Source: Camelus dromedarius
Lineage: Eukaryota
Direction of reading: 5' to 3'
Assembly: GCF_036321535.1 (NCBI RefSeq)
Contig: NC_087437.1
Coordinates: 48,796,001 to 48,860,000 of the forward strand
Length of the DNA stretch: 64,000 bases
Shown: positions 26,326-38,062 of the stretch, piece after piece
How the letters are laid out: each line of letters begins with the position of its first letter
Numbering within the stretch: the first letter of the stretch is position 1
The notes under the pieces: generated by a model
The model's database searches: none
Told to the model about the DNA's origin: nothing
The model's input: only the letters and a program-made list of their open reading frames with translations
Translations under genes and position numbers: made by a program

Positions 26326-27352
26326 TTGTGTCTTAGTTTGATTGTGTGCTGCAATTTGAAGACCATTTTATAATAAGGTTTGACTTGGATTCATTTGGTA
26401 GAAAGAGTCCTGAAACAGGCTTTTGAAATTTGATTCTTCATATTTCATCCCCTATTCCAGGAAACTGTAGCCTTCCTTCTTCATTCTGAGAACTACTGTG
26501 TTTTTAAGTCTCTCATGGGCACTCCTTAGTCTTCTGCTTTTTTAAAACTTCTTTGGATTTGAAGAAGCTTAGAATGTTAGAGCAATGAGGGCCATTACCT
26601 TAGAGTATTAATTGCTCCCTTGGAATAGTTTGGAGATGTAAGTGAAATCTGAAGTAAGGGAATTTCTATGAGGTGCTTTTACTCTAATGACATAGTCGTA
26701 AGTTTAGTAATCAACATCTCAGGTATAGTACACTAGGGCACAGTTTTAATGCTGGGTTGTTAAAATGTTTTTTTATTGTGTCGAGATAATGCTGTTCATT
26801 TTGTAAAGGATTTGATTTGACCTGCAACATTCAAGTGGAGCCAAATCCATTGCATTTTGATTCAGGCCAGGAAATTAGGTTTATTTGGGTCTATGAGATG
26901 GCTTTGTCCATCAGGGGTATAGTTATTAATGAAGCTTAAAGAGGTGGATGTAAGTATAAAACAGAATCTGACATTTAATATTCAGTGAGAAAGTCTCAAG
27001 GCAATCCAAAATGGTTTATTGTCTTTTTCAGAGGTAAACTTATGTAGGAGGCCAGATTCCTAGAAGGTTATTCTTTGGTGAAAAAAGAATTAGAACAGGT
27101 AGTTTTAAGACCCATTTTTTCAGCATTCAAGCTAAGGGTGCACCCATCCACTACAGGTCACCAAGAGATACTTCAGTCTGTTTAGCTCAACTGCCTTTCT
27201 GAGATAGTGCCTGGAATGGGCATTTTCCTTGTTCTTAGGTTTCCTTTTTTTTTTTTTTTTTTTCTTAATCCTCAGTATACTAGGGAAAATAGTTGGGTCC
27301 AGTGAACCATTTTTGTTGTTTTATATATTTTAAAATAGTTTTACATATAATT

Positions 27353-27499
27353 AAAAAAATTTTTTTGGAGAGAGGTGATTAGGTTTAATTGTTTATTTTT
27401 TATTTTACTTTATTATTTTTTTGTGGAGGTACTGTAGATTGAACCCAGGACTTTGAGCATGCTAAGCATGCGCTCTACCGCTGAGCTACATTCTCCCCC
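27353..27499 (-). mobile_element. tRNA-derived SINE (Vic-1-like, long-tail form)
   Basis: gattgaacccaggac...catgctaagcatgcgctctaccgctgagcta; TSD-like acata(t/c)aatt at 27343-27352 and 27500-27509. Confidence 0.9.
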
Positions 27500-27715
27500 A
27501 CATACAATTTTATAGGAGTAAAAATAAGAGGATGGTGAAGATATTAGCATTATTCTTTTTAATAAGCATTTAAACAAAAGTCCAAGTTTTCTATATCTTG
27601 CTGGTTTTGACAATATATATATACCTAAAATGAGTAAAGTTACTTATTGCTCATTAGCTGTCGTGTGTAAACCCAGAACATACCCATCTTGCAAATACTG
27701 ATATCAAAGTCCACA

Positions 27716-27875
27716 GACCTCCTGTATAGCACAGGGAACTATATTCAGTTTCTTGTAATAACATAATGGGAAAGAATCTGAAAAAAAAAAAATGTATACG
27801 TATAACTGAGTCACTTTGCTGTATACCTGAAACTAACATTGTAAATCAACTACACTTCAATTTAGAAAAAAAAAG
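27716..27875 (+). mobile_element. L1 extreme 3' end fragment
   Basis: ctgtatagcacagggaactatattca ... tcactttgctgtatacctgaaactaac..ttgtaaatcaacta followed by an A-run. Confidence 0.85.
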
Positions 27876-27964
27876 TTACAGTCCATCTCTAAGAAGTTGT
27901 AATTTATCATTTCTTCTATTTTATCTAAACACTTGAGTTATCAGAATGCAGTACTTTAAGAATA

Positions 27965-28181
27965 CAGTTGACCCTTGAACGACATGGGTTTGAACTGCAT
28001 GGGTCCACTTACACTTGGATTGTTTTCAGTGGCAAATACTACAGTACTACGTGATCAGTGGTTGACTAAGTCCACATATGTGGAACTGCATAAACAGAGG
28101 GCTGGCTAAAAGTTATTCTCGATTTTTTGACTGCATGGAGGATTGATGCCCCTAACTCCTGTGCTTTTCAAGGGTCATTTG
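27965..28181. mobile_element. TcMar-Tigger MITE (MER8/Tigger2-like)
   Basis: TA|cagttgacccttgaa ... ttcaagggtcatttg|TA terminal inverted repeats with TA duplication. Confidence 0.85.
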
Positions 28182-30318
28182 TATTTTGGAACTTTTGGTG
28201 ACTTCTAATCTTATTGAACAGAGCATTGTCATCTTTGCACTATAATCAAATCATTTTCATATTTATCCAATGGGATTGACTATTTCATTGTATTCAGTGC
28301 ATTTCATTATCTGTTTTATTTCTAGTTCTCTTTTTATACCCAGCTGCTTTTGGCTTTTGTTCTCTTGTGAACTGTATCAAGTACATTTTGGTATGCAGAC
28401 ATAAAAAGATGAAAGAATACTGTCATGTGTCCTTTTAGAAAAGCACTGTGGTCCAAAATCTTGTTGCAGGATTTTGTATGATGAAGTCACAGTTGAATGA
28501 CTAGCTGGGTGAGAATACTAAAGATTACATTTTTCTCCTTAGAAGTATGTTGGTTGGGAATATTCAGCAAGTATGTTGCCACCTGAAGACGTCATAGTCT
28601 GAGATTTTGCTTATAATTTCACATTCATCATTAGAATCTAGAGTGTTGTTATCTGTCTCACTGCATCAGTCTGATTGATCCCTTTCATAATCGTGAAAAT
28701 CTTTCCTCTCAGTTTTTTTCTCTTTGCAATTATGGGTGTAAAATAGAAATTCTGAATTTCCAGTTGTTTAATGACAGCCAAAAGCAGACTACAAGAGTGA
28801 TATCTCCAGCCTTTTTATATACTTTCTTGAAAGACTATGAAATGAAGATGATGCAGTAGTAACAATAAAATGTACTGTTGTATCCTTTCCAGGTGATGCC
28901 ATCATCCTTCTGTTTTCTTTAAAATTTTTTAAAAGCATAGGTGTGAATAATTGATGAATGATGATGAAAATAGCAAAGTTTTTCAGTGTATAGAAAAAAT
29001 AAGATTGATGGATTCTGCCTTAGATTTGTGATAGGATTCACTGGATGCATATAATAATTGTAAGATAGAGTTTTATTCTATTCTTAAAAAGTAAAATTTC
29101 ATGTTTTTTGGGAGATCTATAAGAAAGGATAAAAGTCATGAAATAGATTTGCTCATAAAAGAAATGCAGAAGCTAAAATTGAATTTACTGGAGATTATTA
29201 TAGAGGCCTTGCTTTTTTTTTTTTCCTTTATCGCTCTTATTTTTTCTCTAATCATGGCATATGATAAAGTTGATCATGAAGTTTTGGCATAATTTATTTT
29301 TACTTTTAATAGTCTACCACTTCCGAGATAACTCTCAGATCATGTTGATAGAAACTTCAGGTTTTCCAGAACCGTTTGCCTGTCCGTAGTTGTTTGCATT
29401 ATTTCATAGATGGCTTTATGTATTGATCGACATGTATTGATTGGTAGAGTTCTCTGGCCACCTGTACCGGGGCAACCTTACTTTAACCAAGATTTTTGTG
29501 GGGGTATTAATTATCTCTTCATAACCCCCTGCCCCCATTTTCCGTGTATTGAAAATACATCAAACAAGCTGCTGTGTCATAAGAAATAACTCTAATCCTC
29601 AGTGGAAACTTCTAAAGTTGTGTTTAAAAATACTTGATAATTATAGATGTAGAGTATATAAGATACAGATTTCTTTAGGTAGGAGGTTTTCTAAGATACT
29701 TAACGTATTCTGCTAGATGCTGAATGTGTGTAATTTTTTTGTTGTTCAGCTAAAGTTTTTAGTACATTTAAGTCCTTCAGCAAGGGATTTAAATGTCATA
29801 ACCTTGAAGGAATTTTAAAATAGGGTTTATCACTTTCTGAATACAGTTCTTAATTTCAACATTTTATAAATACTGACATCAGACTTAAAATACATGTTAT
29901 TGAAGTTGTAGCTTATTCTTACTTTTGATATTTGAGTCATAACTTGAATCATCAAAATGAAGTGCTTGATGTACAGTCTTGACAAAAACAGAAAGACCTG
30001 TGTTTTTCACTATGTATAAAACTGCCTTGTAAGAAACAATTCTTTACAATAATATTTATTTATGTTTAGTAAACCCTCGTGAATTTGCAATTCATTTTCC
30101 AAAGAGGCAAATTACCCAAAAAGGATTCGGTTTTATTTTTCAGTAGTAAAATTTAAGCATGCGTGACTCTTTTTATTAAGCTATGTGTAGTATGCCAGTT
30201 TCAATATAATAACATTTTTGATTCTTGAGTTTAATGGAATTTGGCATTTATAATAAGGCATTACTTACAGTGTTGAAATCTTGGAATGAATGAATAAGGA
30301 TCTGTTTTTTCTTGTTAG

Positions 30319-30390
30319 GTATATTCAAGAGCAAATGATCAAGAACCATGTGGATGGTGGTTGGCTAAAGTTCGAATGATGAAGGGAGAA
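30319..30390 (+). CDS. FXR1: FXR1 exon 4 ([24 protein letters not shown])
   Basis: cttgttag|GTA ... GAA|gtaagt; 72 nt; contains Met86/Met87. Confidence 0.98.
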
Positions 30391-30800
30391 GTAAGTGTTG
30401 TTAACGCTTGCTTTGTGACTAGTTTCCAAGGAAGTACTTCGACTGTTGGTTTTTATAAATGTTACTCCAACTTTTAGTTTTGTTTCTAAAAGCCTACTTC
30501 AGAAATAGTCACACATTCAAAAAATTCATGAGACCCTTAATTTCTGTTTGTGTTCTGGATTTGCAAACGCCAAAGCTCCTCTCTAGAGGTATACCACAAG
30601 CATGTAAGGACCATCAAGGTTCATGCTTGTTAAGAACCTATAATCTAGTTCAGGCAAATCAGATTGATGTAATTTAAGCTGTGTTTTCATGCCACAGGGG
30701 GAGGGTCTACTGGTTAAGCTGAGCAGGGTAATTAGGACTTAATTTAAAGCTCATTATTTTTGTTCAGATGGGATTTTTAAAGTATTTTGATGTCTTTTAG

Positions 30801-30949
30801 TTTTATGTCATTGAATATGCTGCTTGTGATGCCACTTACAATGAAATAGTCACATTTGAACGACTTCGACCTGTCAATCAAAATAAAACTGTCAAAAAAA
30901 ATACCTTCTTTAAATGCACAGTGGATGTTCCTGAGGATTTGAGAGAGGC
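30801..30949 (+). CDS. FXR1: FXR1 exon 5 ([49 protein letters not shown]..)
   Basis: tcttttag|TTT ... GC|gtgagt; 149 nt. Confidence 0.98.
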
Positions 30950-31179
30950 GTGAGTAATTTTGTTTACTATTGAATTGCTTTGTGAATTAAGAGGATTTTT
31001 CAGTACTACAAAAATCTCTTTTCCCTAAATACCCAATCAAAAACTTTGATAGAAAATCTTTTTAGTACACAAAAGTTTTAATGGATGGTGCTAAAATAAA
31101 CTACTTAATTTGCATTATAATTGCCCTCTTAAATTTAACCTATTATTTAGGTCTTAAACATGAATTAATTTCTCCTTAG

Positions 31180-31273
31180 GTGTGCTAATGAAAATGCACA
31201 TAAAGATTTTAAGAAAGCAGTGGGAGCATGCAGAATTTTTTACCATCCGGAAACCACGCAGCTAATGATACTG
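31180..31273 (+). CDS. FXR1: FXR1 exon 6 ([31 protein letters not shown])
   Basis: tctccttag|G ... CTG|gtaagt; 94 nt. Confidence 0.98.
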
Positions 31274-31390
31274 GTAAGTGAACTCCATATTTTAAGATAG
31301 CTAATGGATATTGCATAGTTTTTATAAGTAAATATTTCAAAAGATAAAAGCTAACTTGGTATAAGTGGCTTAAAATACTGTGTATTGGTT

Positions 31391-31535
31391 GGGGGAGGGT
31401 AGAGCTCATTGGTATACTTGTGCTTAGCATGCATGAGGTCCTGGGTCCAATCCCCAGTACCTCCATTAAAAAATAAGTAAATAAATAAATAAACCTAATT
31501 ACCTCCCCCACTCCAAAAAATTTAAAAATAAATAA
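31391..31535 (+). mobile_element. tRNA-derived SINE (Vic-1-like, long-tail form) in intron 6
   Basis: gggggagggtagagctca..gcttagcatgcatgaggtcctgggtccaatccccagtacctcca, then (AAAT)n and aaacctaattacctcccc. Confidence 0.9.
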
Positions 31536-31877
31536 ATAAAATACAGTGTGGGAGAAAAAATATTTTGCAGTTATATAATGTTAATTTTTAAAATCTCCTC
31601 TGGAGTAAGGAGGAAAATTTTTTGTATGACATTATTAACATAATAAAATTCTTAATGTGTGGATTCTTGGATTTCCACTTCCCCATCATAATTTGAAGAG
31701 CAGATCTAAATAATACAAAGGTTAAGAAATGAAAGATTACTAATGGGAGGTGGGCATGTTAGGTGAGGAGAGAAGTACAGTAGACGAAAATCAAGGAAGG
31801 CCCTATGTGGAAGGTTGTGTTTGTATTATCTTGAAAAGGCATTTAAGTTTTTGAGTGATTAACTTGTTTGTTTATAG

Positions 31878-31994
31878 TCTGCCAGTGAAGCAACTGTGAA
31901 GAGAGTAAATATTTTAAGTGACATGCATTTGCGGAGTATTCGTACAAAGTTGATGCTTATGTCCAGAAATGAAGAGGCCACTAAGCACTTAGAA
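31878..31994 (+). CDS. FXR1: FXR1 exon 7 ([39 protein letters not shown])
   Basis: gtttatag|TCT ... GAA|gtaagt; 117 nt. Confidence 0.98.
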
Positions 31995-32189
31995 GTAAGT
32001 AGGTTTACTGAAAAGGTTTTATGTGTGTCCCATTTAGTTTCATGAGTACATTATTTAAGTTCCACGTCTCAAAACTACTTGACTGTTAGGTAAGGCAACC
32101 TGGGATCTGTTTTTTGGCTAATACCTGGAGTCATATGTCCTTCGAAGAATTGCTTTTTTCTATTATTTTTCTCAAACGTAGCCTTTTTT

Positions 32190-32708
32190 AAAACAAATCT
32201 TTTAATAGTTATTCTTTTAGAGCAGTTTCAGGTTCACAACAGAATTGTGCAGAAAATACAGTTCCCACATAGCCCTCCCCACCCACACGTATATACTCCC
32301 CTACCCTCAACATCCCTTATCAGTGTGGCATATTTGGTACAATCGATGAACCAGCATGGGGACGTTATTATCAACCAAAGTCCATAGTTTACATTAGGGT
32401 TTACTCTTCATATTGTACATTCTGTGAGTTTTGACAAATGAATAGTGATATGTAGCCACCACTATACTATATACAGGATAATTTCATTTGCCCTAAAAAT
32501 CTCTTGTTCTCCATCTATTCATTTCTCCCTCCCTTCCTCTCCCCAAACCTCTGGAAACTACGATCTTTTTATTGTTTCTGTAGCTGTGCCTTTTCCAGAA
32601 TGTCATTTGGTTGGAATCCTACAGTTTGTAGCCTTTTCAGACTGGCTTGTTTCATTTAGTAATAATGACTTTTAAGTTTCTTCTATGTCTTTCATGGCTT
32701 GATAGATC
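32190..32708 (-). mobile_element. Old L1MB-like 3' end (probably transduced with the adjacent element)
   Basis: tttagagcagtttcaggttcaca..., tatcaaccaaagtccatagtttacattagggtt and ttttccagaatgtca are L1MB 3'UTR motifs in antisense. Confidence 0.8.
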
Positions 32709-35270
32709 TTTTTTTTTTTTTTTACTGCACATGTGGTTTTTAATTTACGTGTATGTACTGTTCGTTGTTTCTTTGAATGTTTAGAGCTTTGGCTTTTTAA
32801 ACTTACATAGTTATCAAAGGAATAAAACCAACCACAAAATAAGAATTAACTCAAAAACATACATACACCCTGCTATTAACAGCAACATCATTTATAATTG
32901 CCAAGATATGGAAACATCTTAAGTGCATATCAATAGTTGAATAGATATTGGAGATGCAGTATATATATATTTATACATATTTTATATATATATATATATA
33001 ATGTAGATGTAAAATGGAATAGAAGTCACCCATAAAAAGAAGGATATTTTGCCTTTTGCGGCCCTTCATTCACTTTTTTTTCACTTCAAAAACTAGAATT
33101 TTATAATTGGCAGAGACATTTCCATTACATCAAAAACAACAAAATACCTAGGAATAAACTTAGCCAAGGAGGTTGCCTATACTCTGAAAACCGAAATGGC
33201 ACAAAGAAATGGAAAGATTTCTTGTGCTCTTGGATTGGAAGAATCAACACTATCAAAATGGCCACAATACCCAAAGCAATCCACAGATTCAACGCAACCC
33301 CCATCAAAATACTCAACAACATTACTCACAGAACTAGAACAAACAGTTCCAAAATTTGTAAGAAACCTCAAAAGACCCCAGACAGCCAAAGTAATCTTTT
33401 GTAGGTCTCTCTTTTTTTTTCTTTCTTCTTTTCTCTTTTATGGTTTGATGACTAGAGAAGGTCCTTTAACATTTGTTGTAAAGCTGGTTGGGTGGTGCTG
33501 AAATCTTTTAGTTTTTATTTATCTGTGAAACCTTTGATTTCTCCATCAAGTCTGAACGAGAGCCTTGCTGGATAGAGTATTCTTGGTTTTAAGTTTCCCC
33601 CTTCCATCACTTTACATATATCGTGCCACTCCCTTCTGGCCTGTAGAATTTCTGCTGAAAAATCAGCTGATAACCTTATGGGAGTTCATTGTATGTTACT
33701 CATTGCTTTTCTCTTGCTAATCTTAGTATTTTCTCCTCATCCTTAATTGTTGTCGATTTGATGACTATGTACCTTGGTGTGTACCTTGTGTTCTTCTTTG
33801 GGTTGATTCTGTGTGGTACTCTCTGCGCTTCCAGGAGTTGGGGGACTGTTTCCTTTCCCGAGTTGGGGAAGTTTTCAGTTACTATCTCTCCAAAAATTTT
33901 CTCAGGTCCTTCCTGTCTCTCTTCTTGTTCTGGGACCCCTATAATGTGAATATTAGAACACTTCATGTTGTCCCAGAGTTCTCTTAAATTATCGTCATTC
34001 CTTTTTTCTTTTTTCTGTTCTGAAGTAGTGATTTCCACGAATCTGTCTTCTAGCTCACTGATCCATTCTTCTGCCTCATTTAGTCTATTCTTGTTTCCTT
34101 CTAGTGTACTGTTCATTTCATTGATTTTATTCTTCAACTCTGTTTGGGTATTCTTTATGTTTGCCAGCTCTTTGGTAAGAACTTCACTTTGAGCGTCTAT
34201 ACTCCTCTTGAGTTCTCTGAACATCTTGGCCATCATTACTTTAAACTCTTTCTCAGATAAATTAGCTATCGCCTTATCTCTTATTTCTTCTTCTGGGATT
34301 TTATCTTGTGCCTTGGCCTGGGAGATATTCCTTTGCCACCTCGTTTGGTCTATCTTTCTATGTGTTAGTGGATTCCTTCCACAGGCTTTGGGATTATTGT
34401 TTTCTTACTTCTAGTATCTGCCCCTTGTGGATGAGTCTGGGCTAGAGGCTTATGCAGGTTTCCTGGCAGGAGGAGCCAGTGCCTGCCCACTGCTGGGTGA
34501 AGCTTGGTCCTGGACCTCTGGTGGGCAGGGCTGTGTCTAGAGGCCTTTGTGGCTCAGGAGGTCTGATGATGGATGGGGCTGTGTTCCCACCAGGTATGTT
34601 GTTTGGCCTGAGACTTCTCTACAGGCTGTTGGGTGGGGCTAGGTCTCTTGGTGCTAATGATCCAGTCAATATATCAGCCTCCAGGAAAGCTCATGTAGAT
34701 TAACACTCACGGAATGTCCACCACCAGCCTTTGTGTCTCCTGAGTGACCCGCAGCCACCCCCTGTGTCCCTAGGAGACCCTACAAATCCAGCAGGCAGGT
34801 CTGGCCCAGGTTCCTATGAAATCACTGCCTCTTCCCTTGGACCGGGTGCACATTAGTTTCTGTGTATGCCTCAAGTGAATGGAGTCTCCGTTTTCCCCAG
34901 TCCCGTGAGGCTCCCAGAGCCAATCCCCCTTGGCCTTCAAAACCAGAGGTACTGGGGTCTCCTCCTCTTCCCCCAGCTGGGGAGCCTGATGTGGGGCTTA
35001 GAGCTCTCACCCCTGTGGGAGGGCCTCTGTAACAAATCTTCAGCTTGTGGGTTGCCCACCCAGGGGGTATGGGACCCAGTTATATCGAGAGCACGCCCCT
35101 CCTACTGTGGTTCCCTCTTTGTTTCCAGTTGCAGAAGATCTTTTTTTTACTAGGTTCCAGTCTTTTTTCAGTGGTCTAAATGGTTGTTTAGCATTCAGTT
35201 GTGGTTTCATTGTAGTCCCAAGGAGAGGCAAGCTCGTGGTCCTACCACTCTGCCATCTTGACCGGAACCC
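32709..35270 (-). mobile_element. Chimeric ORF1-only (HAL1-like) L1 derivative: 5'UTR + ORF1 + inverted ORF2 fragments + poly(A)
   Basis: Minus strand begins gggttccggtcaagatggcag (L1 5' YY1-like motif). ORF1 at 34344-33452; plus-strand ORF2 pieces at 32848-33060 and 33121-33398; ATTAAA(-) at 32739-32744; A15(-) at 32709-32723. Confidence 0.85.
33452..34344 (-). pseudogene. Decayed L1 ORF1p (coiled-coil, RRM, CTD)
   Basis: The ORF-track 178-aa peptide (..LRELWDNMKCSNIHIIGVPE..IVTENFPN..EAQRVP..TPRYIVIK..) is L1 ORF1p. The start is mutated to ACG (34344), with a premature TGA at 33700 and further lesions; natural end ..LKDLL* at 33452. Confidence 0.9.
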
Positions 35271-35909
35271 CTCAAACATAGCCTTTTGTCTGCTAAATGC
35301 CCGTTGAGTCATTTCTTAGGACTTAGATGACAGGTGCCAGAGAGCTTAGAAAATCGCTAGGGATTTCCAGTAGAACTGTACTACTGGTTCTTTACTCTGT
35401 ATTTTCTACCCTGTTGTCTGTCTGTTCATTAGTAGTACTAATGAACTACTTACACTTCATTAGTAAGTAGTTCACTATACAACCATTGTGTAAGAGAGGA
35501 AGAACACACAGCTTGTAGTTTTTAAAAAAAAAAAGCTGATTGTTGCTTCTCTCTACTCTGTCCTAAGGTACTCCTGTCTTCTATTCTTCACTGCCACACT
35601 ATTAGACTTAGCTTCTCCCACCATCTCCCAAACACACATGCACACACACTGTCTTAAAGATAAACATACATCAGTTTCTCTAGGACAGGTATACAAGTGC
35701 CCTTATTAATTTAAAAGTTCTAAACAAGGAAAATGGGAATGAGTTTTGAAACATGAATCATCTGAATTGAAAAACTGCCTGTATCAGTAATTCTGGAAAA
35801 TTGTTTTAAAATTACTGTTTTCTGTGACCATGATTAAATAGACTGATCAAACTTTTTCTCCTTTCCATTATATGATCCCAAGTAATTTTCTTTATTCCTT
35901 TTTTTAGTT

Positions 35910-36380
35910 CTTTTTTTTAACTGTGGTGAAATAAAGTTGCCATCCTAAGTAACCATTTTTCAGTGTGCATTTCATAGTGTTAAGTGTATTCATATTATTG
36001 ATCAATCTACAGAACCTTTTCATATTGCAAAACTGAAACTATGTCCATTAAACAATTTCCCATTTCCCCTTCCCCCCAGCTCCAGGCAACCACTGTTCTA
36101 CTTTGTTTCTATAAATTTGACTACCGTGAATACCTTATATAAGGGAATAAGCCTGTATTTGTCTTTTTGTGACTGGCTTATTTCACTAAGCATACTGTCC
36201 TCACTGCTGGTCCATGTTGTATGTAGCATGTATCAGAATTTTCTTTATAAGGTTGAATAATACTGTGTTGTATGAATATATATCACATTTTGTTTATCCA
36301 TTCATTAGTCAGTGGACATTTATTTGGGTTGCTTCCACCTCTTGACTGTTGTGAATAATGCTATGAACATGGGTATACAA
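35910..36380 (-). mobile_element. Old L1MB-like 3' end, ending about 55 nt before the exon 8 acceptor
   Basis: ttgcaaaactgaaact...ggcaaccactgttctactttg...tggcttatttcactaagcata...gtgaataatgctatgaacatggg. Confidence 0.85.
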
Positions 36381-36435
36381 AAATTTTATTTTTTCTGATC
36401 TTTTATAATAAATTCTAATTTGCCTCTTTTACTAG

Positions 36436-36606
36436 TGCACAAAACAACTTGCAGCAGCTTTTCATGAGGAATTTGTTGTGAGAGAAGATTTGATGGGCCT
36501 GGCGATAGGAACGCATGGTAGTAATATACAGCAAGCTAGGAAGGTTCCTGGAGTTACAGCTATTGAGCTAGATGAAGATACTGGAACATTTAGAATCTAT
36601 GGAGAG
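36436..36606 (+). CDS. FXR1: FXR1 exon 8, KH1 ([57 protein letters not shown])
   Basis: ttttactag|TGC ... GAG|gtaagc; 171 nt; GTHG GxxG loop. Confidence 0.98.
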
Positions 36607-37164
36607 GTAAGCTGCTGTCCCCTACATTGGGTAGCTTTTACGATAACATTAACTATTGTTTAGAAATTCAGTTTCCTGGTAAAATACTTTAAAACCAGTC
36701 AGCCCAGCAATCGGTACATGTATGTAGGTAGATTGAAGATACTGTGTTTTATGGGGCATTGAAATATTTGCTGAGTATTTATTGTGTACTATTTTCAGAA
36801 GTTCCTTAACCAACCAGCTGCTTTTGAATTTTACTCTGTTTTATGTGCATTACAAATAATTTATTCAAATATTTTTTGAGTGCTTACTATGTGTCAGGCA
36901 CTGGCAGTTGTAAATAGCATATAATAGAATAGCTTTTATGGAACTTGAATTTGAGTAGTAATTTGTCGTTGGTTACTTGTGACATTTGTGTGGACAGGAA
37001 AATAATAAATCTGAAAAATAAACTTTTTGTCATTGAGACCATCCTTCACATTAGAATAAATGAATGAGGTTTTTTGGAGTGATAATTTCAAGTCTTGACT
37101 TTTCATTTGAGTCATACAGTAAATCTGAATAGTGGCCTGATTTTTACTTCTGAAATCTTTAGAA

Positions 37165-37385
37165 GTGGGCAGTATAACAAAGTAATTAAGATGAAAGGCT
37201 TTAGAGCTATACTGCCTGAATTAGAATTCTGCCTCTACCACTTTGAGAGGGCTTGGAGAAAGTTACTCAGCTTCCTTGCGTAGTTTTCCTTATTGTAAAA
37301 TGAGAATAATAATAGTGCTTACCTTACAGTTTAGGAGAGTTAAATACAGTTTTAAATTTTTTGTTGTGTATGATATAGTGAGCAT
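37165..37385 (+). mobile_element. MIR
   Basis: ggctttagag...ctgcctctaccact...aagttact...tgtaaaatgagaataataatagtgcttacc. Confidence 0.7.
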
Positions 37386-37983
37386 ACAATATACTTGATT
37401 TATGGTTATTAAAGGGCAAACATTAAAGTGAAAGTTAACTTACTGAGAACTATACATTCCTTTTAGAGAGGTACCCCCCCTATCTTTTAGTCTTTTAAAA
37501 TTGTACCCATTAAAAATTAGGAATTTAAATGGTATTATCAATACGAACTTAAAAAAATGCATTTCTGTAAAAACAGTCTTTTAAGTCATTTCTAATGGTG
37601 AGAATGAAAAAAATCAGTGCAGACAGTACAGATAATATGAACAATTGAGTTATAACATCCACCTGGAGAAATTCAGCATAGGAGTATGGGCCAGATGTAT
37701 TTAGGATTAAGTTAGACTCTTTTGCTCATTTTCTCAGGAGCTTAAAAGGGACCTTAGGGATATCTAACATTTTGATTCTAATAGACTTTTTTCGTATCCA
37801 TTTAATAATTACTCTGACTTAAAAAAAACTTCATGAGTTACTTGATTTGAAATGTCACTGGTGGGCTGAGCAGAATCTTGTATTAGAGCATAAGGTTTTT
37901 TTTCTCATTTTTTGTGTTTTACGGATTGTGGGTTTCTTCAGGGTTGTATTTCATGTTTGTGTCCCTCCTCCACCCCCTTACAG

Positions 37984-38062
37984 AGTGCTGATGCTGTGAA
38001 AAAGGCTAGAGGTTTCTTGGAATTTGTGGAGGATTTTATTCAGGTTCCTAGGAATCTTGTTG
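37984..38062 (+). CDS. FXR1: FXR1 exon 9 ([26 protein letters not shown])
   Basis: cccttacag|AGT ... G|gtaagt; 79 nt. Confidence 0.98.

Noticed and set aside
28479..28605. ATGATGA followed by two CTGA motifs
   Set aside because: No terminal stem in register and no C'/D' boxes.
33196..34236. L1 ORF1/ORF2 ORFs as an active retrotransposon or domesticated gene
   Set aside because: The ORF1 start is mutated, with a premature stop and indels; ORF2 is present only as short inverted fragments.
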